From Perkinsus chesapeaki ATCC PRA-425 (Eukaryota; Protista; Perkinsozoa): a stretch of DNA of 46,902 nt. The notes beneath the pieces are model-generated. The model did no database searches, had not been told where the DNA came from, and was given only the letters and a program-made list of their open reading frames with translations. A program made the position numbers and the translations under genes. Of this stretch, positions 39,792 to 46,902 are shown piece after piece. Each line of letters begins with the position of its first letter. Position 1 is the first letter of the stretch. The DNA lies in NCBI GenBank assembly GCA_013115145.1, contig JAAPAO010000251.1, forward strand, positions 1-46,902. The letters run 5' to 3'.

Positions 39792-42700
39792 TTATTGATC
39801 CTCAATAGCTCTAGCCACCAGTTCAGTGACAGCTTGGCTCTTAGCTCTAACACTTAACTTGAGTAAGCATCCACGAGATGGATCTATACCAAGAAGGCAT
39901 TTAACTAATACTGTCATACCACCTAATAATAATAATGATACAGTTGATGATGATACTATAAATAGTTATTACCAGCAAATGTACCACATAATAATAGTGT
40001 ATGCCCTCTAGCAGCAGTCTCATCACTAATAACACCTAAATAGACCGAGGTGGTGTTGTATATTAATAATAATAACAACCTTGTTATTGTTGTTATATAC
40101 CTACCACTGCCATCGCATGGTTCACAATTAAGTGTTGTTTGTAATCCTTTAATAGCCTGTTCTAATGTCTTATATCCTAATATATGTTTAGCAGTAGTCT
40201 CTCCACCACCTTGAGCATGCATAGCCTCCCAGCCTTGACGGAACTGTCCTGCTGGTAATCCTCTAGGTGATATATGATCACCAATTGTAAGAGTAACCTA
40301 ATATACCATGATACAACGATATTAATTATACCATATTTCCTCTACATCTTCAACTGGATACTCATCCTTATATCCAATATCATCACCATCCTCTTTAACA
40401 GTAAACTCAAGGCATGCTCCAAACCTTGCCGAATGTATACCACCATCCATCTTCTGTAATACTACATAGGCAGATCCAGTCTAATAATACCAGTAACATG
40501 GTCTACAGTAGCTGGCCATATTGTGTATTATATTACATCACCGTAACTAAGGCTTCCTATACCAAGCTCCCCTATCTCTTGGAATAAGCCTGTATCCTCT
40601 ACACCAGTTAGTTTAATAGTAATATTATCCAACTCTATATCCTCTAATGTATTGGTAATAATAAACTCTATTACCTATATCACCACCACCACTCCTATTA
40701 TACTACTACCATCTCCCTTATTACCAGATATGACTTGAATATGTGCTTCCTAGCTCTAACCCTATACTCAGCCTCCTGTTCAGTGAGCATCTGGCTTCTA
40801 CTAGAATGTAGTAGTGCTCCCAACTCAGATGCTGATATCTATAAACCAATATTAATCAATTACCAACCTAGTAACAACCCTATTACCAATGGTGATAAGG
40901 CATTTAAGAACTCCTGCTGTGCATCACCATAAGTCCCGGCAGCAGCAGTTGCACTAGAGCCTATTGTAGAGCACAGTAATTAATGATGTCCATTATTATT
41001 ACTATTACCTCTAGGTCCTGATCCAGTACTAGCTTCATTGTCACTAACTGTCTTGGTAGCAGCACCCATCTTAGCTATAGCTCCCTGTGATGCAGCAGCT
41101 GCTGATGCCTCCATAGCCTGTTGACGCTCCACTTCCATCTATAGATGTAACATAAGAATAATAGCAATAATAGCAATAATATTACCTCTCTCATCTGTGA
41201 TCTATATGCCTCAGGTGTTGGTAGGATGCTAGTATCAACCTCTGTATCATACTTACTAGGATCAGACATTTGGGCTACCATACTATCATATAGGGCATCT
41301 AAGTAGTACAGTCTATATAGATAGGACTTAATATAGTAATATAGTACCAATAGAGAAGGGTAGCTCCTTCTCAGTCAATAGGACCTCTAAATCCTCAGTT
41401 GCTTCAGTAGACTCTGACCCTACTGGTGACATACTATCCTTAATAGTATTGGTATATAAACGTATACGATCACGAACCTATAAAGGTACTACGACGTCTA
41501 TGAATACATACATATGATACTACTACCTCATCATCATTATCCTTATCAGCAGTCTCCAATAGTGTTACAATATCCCCACGTAGAGATGGTACAGCTAATG
41601 CTATCTTAGCTAAAGCATCGACAGCAGCACCTCTAACTACTGCATTCTCTAGGATCAAACGGTTATATATAAACCTAACAACAATAATGATAATGACTAT
41701 TATGGTTATAGTGGCACCTTATATATTTCTCAGGATGCTCTGTTAGTGGTACATGTCCAGCTAGGAATGTTAATACACGACAGCATAAGGCTGGATACTC
41801 ACAGTCTTCTATAAACTCACACAAATGGAGAAGGCCTAGATCAGTTGCTGAAGGAACCTATATAAAAGAGTATGATGATGGGTAGTGAAGATGGTCGTAT
41901 TACCTGGTTAATAACTAATATAATAGTATCAACCAATTCCTTCTTAAACTCGTGTGATCCTTCTTCTCTTAAACTAGATGATAGGAACCCCATTAATACA
42001 CGATGCTTTGATGGATACCTGATGCTACTAATATAATCACTATATAATAATAATACTATTACTGTATACAAAGGCTTCTAATAGCACGTACAATATCAAG
42101 CTTGTAGACATCTGATATATCTAACAATACCCACTATAACAACCTCCTCTCTTGGTTACACCACTACTACTATTATTATTACCACTCATAAGGGTTTGGA
42201 TCTGTTTAACTAGCTTATCAATGTTAGCCTCCTGGCCTGTCTTTAGTAATGTAGTTAGAGCCAATGTAGCTATATTGCGGTTAGAGTCCGACAACAGTGG
42301 CTCTATATCACTATTACACCTATAAGAGATATACTAATAATAACTATACAGTAACACATCCTTAGTACCTTGATACCACACCAGGACGAGTCTTAGCTAG
42401 ATTATTAAGACATCTAATAGCAGCAAACCTCACTACCGGCTTAGGGGAGTTTAATAACACTTGCATTACAGCCATAGCTGATGACATATCATATACACTA
42501 AATATAATAATAATACTACTACTAATAGCATCATTACTACCCATTGCATATAACAGTCTGATTAGCCATTGATGCAGCTTGCCTAGGATTCCTTTTAAAC
42601 TCTACATCAGCCAATTCGAAGAAGGCACGAGCAGCTTCGAATTGAACCTATAGAGGTAGCATTAATACCATAAACTATATACTACTACTACCATCTCAGA

Positions 42701-43904
42701 CTTATGTCGAAGACAGGTATTCAAAAAGTTGAGGAGCTGCCTCTCTACCATCATATCCTGATCATGTGCTATCAATGCAGCACCTAACATTAATAATACA
42801 TCATATTAATACTAGGCATTACCAGTATAACGGATTAGGGAACAGACAGCCATGGGGCTCTTTGGTGGTGCCTGCCCTTCAGCAGTAAACTGTCCTAACA
42901 CCTTCTGTAAGGCTAGACGATCATTACCTAATAATAATAAAAGATGCTCTGATAGTAGTACTTGTATTATTATTATTACGTTTAATGTCATATAATAGTG
43001 CTAAGGCATGATACTGTACCATAGGTGAGCTTGTATTCTGTGCTGCTGACTGTACTTCTGATACCCATCTAATATAACATCATTATTTACATAACACTAT
43101 TGATACACTACCCTTACTACCTTCTAACAAGATCAGGTACAGTATTCATAAGCTGCATACCACATACTAATGCAGCACTTTGTACAAAGGCACATTTATC
43201 AACAATAGCTAATATAAATAATAACTTATATTAAATAGTACTACGTATCACCAAGCTATTACCTGATTTAAGATATCTATCAACCTGAGCTGCCATATTA
43301 GGATCCAATATCCGGCTTAATACTCTTATAGCATTAGCTCTATAACAATCATTATTAGATTGCATATCTTTAGTTAAACATGATGTTACGATAAAAACCT
43401 TAACAACAACAACAACAATAGCAATAACATTATCATATATGCTATTTATAATATTATTATTATTACTTCTGTTTCACTAGGATGTAGATTCTTTAATACT
43501 AGATAAACCATTCTTCGTAATTTAACATTATTACTCTGAAATAGTTTAGTTATACCAAAGAACATATCAGTAAGCTCTGAACCATCGAAATCATCACCTT
43601 GTGATATAAGATATAATATCTAATAACATCAACACATATATACTAAATCAATAATAATAACACTACTACCTTAGTAATAAGCTTACAACACTTAACCGTA
43701 TCAATAGGCGTGTTATTAAAGATACGCGTCTCTTGTATAACAGTGGATTTCTCACAAGCCCATGGATTGCCTAAATAGTTCATACCAAACTTCCCCCAAA
43801 TCATTACTTATACTACCCCCATCATCCTTTCCACCATCAGTATCCATCTTAAGATTATCCTTAAGTGCCTCCTTCACCTTCTCTTTAATAGCATCCACAT
43901 TCAT
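39792..43904 (-). CDS. COPG: Coatomer subunit gamma
   Basis: [78 protein letters not shown] and the appendage platform region GQFRQGWE...HTLLLC. Confidence 0.95.
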
Positions 43905-43957
43905 TATATCAAGGGACAACAATAACAACAACAACGACTTAGCACTAATATACAGTT

Positions 43958-44022
43958 GTCTTAACCAGGGATCGAACCTGTGTATGTACCCTAAACTCTA
44001 ATAACACTCTAGTATCCCAAGA
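43958..44022 (-). pseudogene. Eroded tRNA relic
   Basis: The minus strand reads TCTTGG...CTAG-AGTGTTA-TTAG...ACAGG-TTCGATC-CCTGG-TTAAGA. It has a B box, a T arm, a wobble acceptor stem and a D-like stem, but is about 8 nt short with no intact anticodon arm. Confidence 0.4.
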
Positions 44023-44073
44023 AAATGAAACTTGAATATTACATTAATAAATAGGATCAGTAGTATCACAAAT

Positions 44074-45780
44074 CTAAATGGTCATTTCATACAATCTAAC
44101 AACAACGTCTAATGGTGTAAAGACAAAAGGCAAGCTTGTTGGAGTAGCAGGCTTCTTCTCCTCAGTAGAGGAGCAGGAGTATGGTTGCCATTGATATAGT
44201 AGTGGTGTCGCGTAAGGAGGTCGAATCCTCCCACCATTACTAACAGCAACAGCTGCAGCAGACCGGTGTTTATTTTCTGTTCTAGTATTATCAATAGTAT
44301 CCTCCCCTTTTATAGTATATTTCTTCAGTCCCACATCTTTATATTTTTCCAGCCTATCATTTGGATACTTAGCCACCGCAGATACTATATTACTAACCAT
44401 TTTAGGTAGAGTAGATTCCGCTACATTACGCTCTAACCAAGCAGGCATAGACCTACCAACTTTAGGATCCTCATAATAATAAAGGCAATATCGACTCTTC
44501 AGTGAGGACTGCTCTTCCTCCTGCTGCTCATTAGGTTTAACACACGACACGCTTATATAGTCCTCAACACGTACTGAACTACTGCTACTGTCATCATCAT
44601 CCTCCTTATCATCACCTCCTTGTAGCCCAAGTGATAGCATTGCTCTAGTATCATTATTTGGTAAGACCAATGGTATTTGACGATATCTATAAAGCCTTGG
44701 TGAGAATGGCCATGGCCATTTAGCCTTCCATATTAATGTACTACTACCATCATCTCCTTCATCTACCTTTTTAGCCCCTTCAAATGTACTATCCCAAGTG
44801 GACCTATTATCTATATCAACATTAAGTGCATGAAACTGTGCTGGTGATACAGCAATATCCCCAGTCATCATCCACTGTGGTGTTGGACTATTATCCAATG
44901 CCTTACGCCATATAGTACATGTAAACCTACCATCCTCTTCTAAATCACCAAACTTTACCCAACCATCACTCTTTAAATACCCATCCGTATCATCAGCATT
45001 AATCTCATTATCAACCATATCCAACGCATCACTTAATAATGATACTACTCTTTTTGGTAATGGTAAAGTAGATGGTATATCATAACCATCCAATAGTCCC
45101 CCGATACCAGCAGCAGCAGAGTTGAGGCCAGCAACAGCCGCAACAGGAACCGGCTTTTCGCTATCTACCACAGTACTATCATTTACTTCACTATAAGCTG
45201 CCTTCTCCTCCTCCTTGCTTTCAGATATCTTATTATCTTCTATTAAGCTATCTGTTACCCCATCATCAACAATCGATGATCGTATAGCAGATACAGCAAC
45301 CTTCTCTAGGTTAGGTAGGTCTTGATCTAGTTCATTAATAGGTAATAATATTTCAGTATTGGATAATGTATTATTACTACTACCAGCAGGTACCATAATA
45401 TCCCTACTAGCAGACCATGCCATTATCTGCCATGTCGGTAATATAGACATATGAGCTGGTGCCCTGATAAGTGATGCTGTACTAGGCTCCAACTGCAGCT
45501 GCCGCTGCTCTTGCTCTTGCTGTTGTTGTTTATCTTGTTTATTCTTCCACAATTCACGTGCTACTAAAGCCCCTGCTATAATGCCTAATATAACCTTCTG
45601 CCGTACTGGTGGTGTACCCAACCTATATAATATATTAATATAGTCTTTACCACGACCAGAGAACCATTTCCAATTATGACTAGACGCTGCTGCTGCTGGT
45701 CCTTTGGTCTGTATTGTATCTGTATGGTATAACCGACAATATTGGCGGCGATAATGCCGCTCGGGTAATAGTCTTACCAT
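44074..45780 (-). CDS. START-domain lipid-transfer protein (StarD7/PCTP-like) with an N-terminal hydrophobic segment; intronless
   Basis: QFHALNVDIDNRSTWDS, LIWKAKWPWPFSPRLYRY and YYEDPKVGRSMPAWL. The ORF is also open upstream to 45936. Confidence 0.85.
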   Translation of the reverse strand: MVRLLPERHYRRQYCRLYHTDTIQTKGPAAAASSHNWKWFSGRGKDYINILYRLGTPPVRQKVILGIIAGALVARELWKNKQDKQQQQEQEQRQLQLEPSTASLIRAPAHMSILPTWQIMAWSASRDIMVPAGSSNNTLSNTEILLPINELDQDLPNLEKVAVSAIRSSIVDDGVTDSLIEDNKISESKEEEKAAYSEVNDSTVVDSEKPVPVAAVAGLNSAAAGIGGLLDGYDIPSTLPLPKRVVSLLSDALDMVDNEINADDTDGYLKSDGWVKFGDLEEDGRFTCTIWRKALDNSPTPQWMMTGDIAVSPAQFHALNVDIDNRSTWDSTFEGAKKVDEGDDGSSTLIWKAKWPWPFSPRLYRYRQIPLVLPNNDTRAMLSLGLQGGDDKEDDDDSSSSSVRVEDYISVSCVKPNEQQEEEQSSLKSRYCLYYYEDPKVGRSMPAWLERNVAESTLPKMVSNIVSAVAKYPNDRLEKYKDVGLKKYTIKGEDTIDNTRTENKHRSAAAVAVSNGGRIRPPYATPLLYQWQPYSCSSTEEKKPATPTSLPFVFTPLDVVVRLYEMTI

Positions 45781-46099
45781 AATAAAACGGAAAACTAGAG
45801 GAGTCATAGGAGATACTAAACACAATAAATGATATAGAATGAGGTTACGAGAAACTATAACGAGATGATCAATAGTAACCTTAATGGTAAGTGTTACATA
45901 ATGGCGACCACTAAGGTGGTAATATATCAGAACCACTTAAAGGTACTTTACAGTATCAACAAAACATATCGAAGAAACTTCGATGAAGATACGAAAAAAA
46001 GCCGGGGATATGGCAGAGTAAGTCCCTATATGGTGGTAGATATACACAAGTTGCAGGAGGATGGTCGAAAGCAGTAAGCAGTAACGTTATAGTTATTGC

Positions 46100-46756
46100 T
46101 TATACACCCAAATATAATGCAGCAGCTGCAGCTGGTATACTTGTATTATTATCATTAGTAGTATAATTATTACTGGGATAATAACGTACAATAGCTTCAT
46201 TACTATATGATACTATACTACTCTTCCTATCTTTTTTTATTAAAGGTGCACGACATAAAGGACATGAACTGCTGCTCGCAACAGGAGCTCCGTTATAGCC
46301 ATGTCTATTCATGCCTCTTGATTTATCGTATTCATCATGTGTTATAACCTCTCTCATACAGGATTCATGAAATTCATGATCACATACCTTTAACTTAACC
46401 CATTTACCAGGTATAGAGTCATCTTGTAGACATATTGCACAAGTAGTCTCATTAATAGGTTTATCCTCTACCACTGCTACTGTATCCAATAAAGAAGCTG
46501 CCCTCAACTTAGCATTATTAGTTTTAATCTTCTCCGCCTCTTTAATACGACGATTTCTTGCTGCCTGTTTACGATATGATAGATAACGAGATGCAGCAAA
46601 TGGTACAAATACCCAAGCTACCAATACTGCTATAAGAGCAACTTTACCAGTGCCAGTATTGCCTATTAGACTTAATAATAGTATTAGAGCAACAGAGGTC
46701 CATACAAATGCTAAGAACGGTCTCCGTGCAAACAGCCGTCGAACTGTATCATTCAT
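46100..46756 (-). CDS. Transmembrane RING-H2 E3 ubiquitin ligase (ATL-like architecture); intronless
   Basis: Two N-terminal TM helices, then CAIC..CDHEFHESC..CPLCR (C3H2C3). Confidence 0.88.
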   Translation of the reverse strand: MNDTVRRLFARRPFLAFVWTSVALILLLSLIGNTGTGKVALIAVLVAWVFVPFAASRYLSYRKQAARNRRIKEAEKIKTNNAKLRAASLLDTVAVVEDKPINETTCAICLQDDSIPGKWVKLKVCDHEFHESCMREVITHDEYDKSRGMNRHGYNGAPVASSSSCPLCRAPLIKKDRKSSIVSYSNEAIVRYYPSNNYTTNDNNTSIPAAAAALYLGV

Positions 46757-46819
46757 GCAGTATATTGAAACTAACAATCAATCTATATATCTCCATGCCG
46801 CAAACTCATGACAAAAAAC

Positions 46820-46902
46820 TCAAGTGGCGTGTAGCAAGTCATCCCGAGACGTAATAGTAGTTTCATCAACACAAGAACCTGGCATTATGTTAGGATGGTT
46901 GC
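46820..46902 (-). CDS. Probable 3-prime end of a gene continuing beyond the window
   Basis: The frame NHPNIMPGSCVDETTITSRDDLLHAT* is open to the window edge. Confidence 0.3.
   Translation of the reverse strand, partial: NHPNIMPGSCVDETTITSRDDLLHAT

Overview
Eukaryotic, gene-dense (about 20 genes in 47 kb), intron-rich nuclear DNA. Introns are mostly short (about 40-110 nt) GT-AG, intergenic gaps are 0.1-0.4 kb, and the gene content and style suggest a Perkinsus-like alveolate (inference, not proven). Recognisable genes in order: OTU-family deubiquitinase ORF (intronless), myristoylated AGC kinase, PP2C, divergent alkaline-ceramidase/CREST protein, TM9SF/EMP70, UBA1, asparagine synthetase, IQUB-like radial-spoke protein, GPN2 GTPase apparently fused to a MYND finger, ankyrin+TM protein, SH3/Tudor-like protein, USP39/Sad1, CCCH zinc-finger protein, IMP1 peptidase, two orphan membrane proteins, glycine decarboxylase P-protein, coatomer gamma, START-domain protein and a TM-RING-H2 ligase. 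Best leads: (1) a GC-balanced left-end block combining a Pol III tRNA-like element, a stand-alone OTU protease and a cluster of palindromes and direct repeats; (2) the in-frame GPN2-MYND fusion; (3) a 107-bp foldback element in a divergent promoter; (4) a CREST protein that keeps its Zn histidines but appears to lose the catalytic Ser/Asp; (5) a compositional mosaic whose boundaries cut through genes. Exon structures were read by eye, so spliced-gene coordinates are outer limits and some starts/ends are uncertain.
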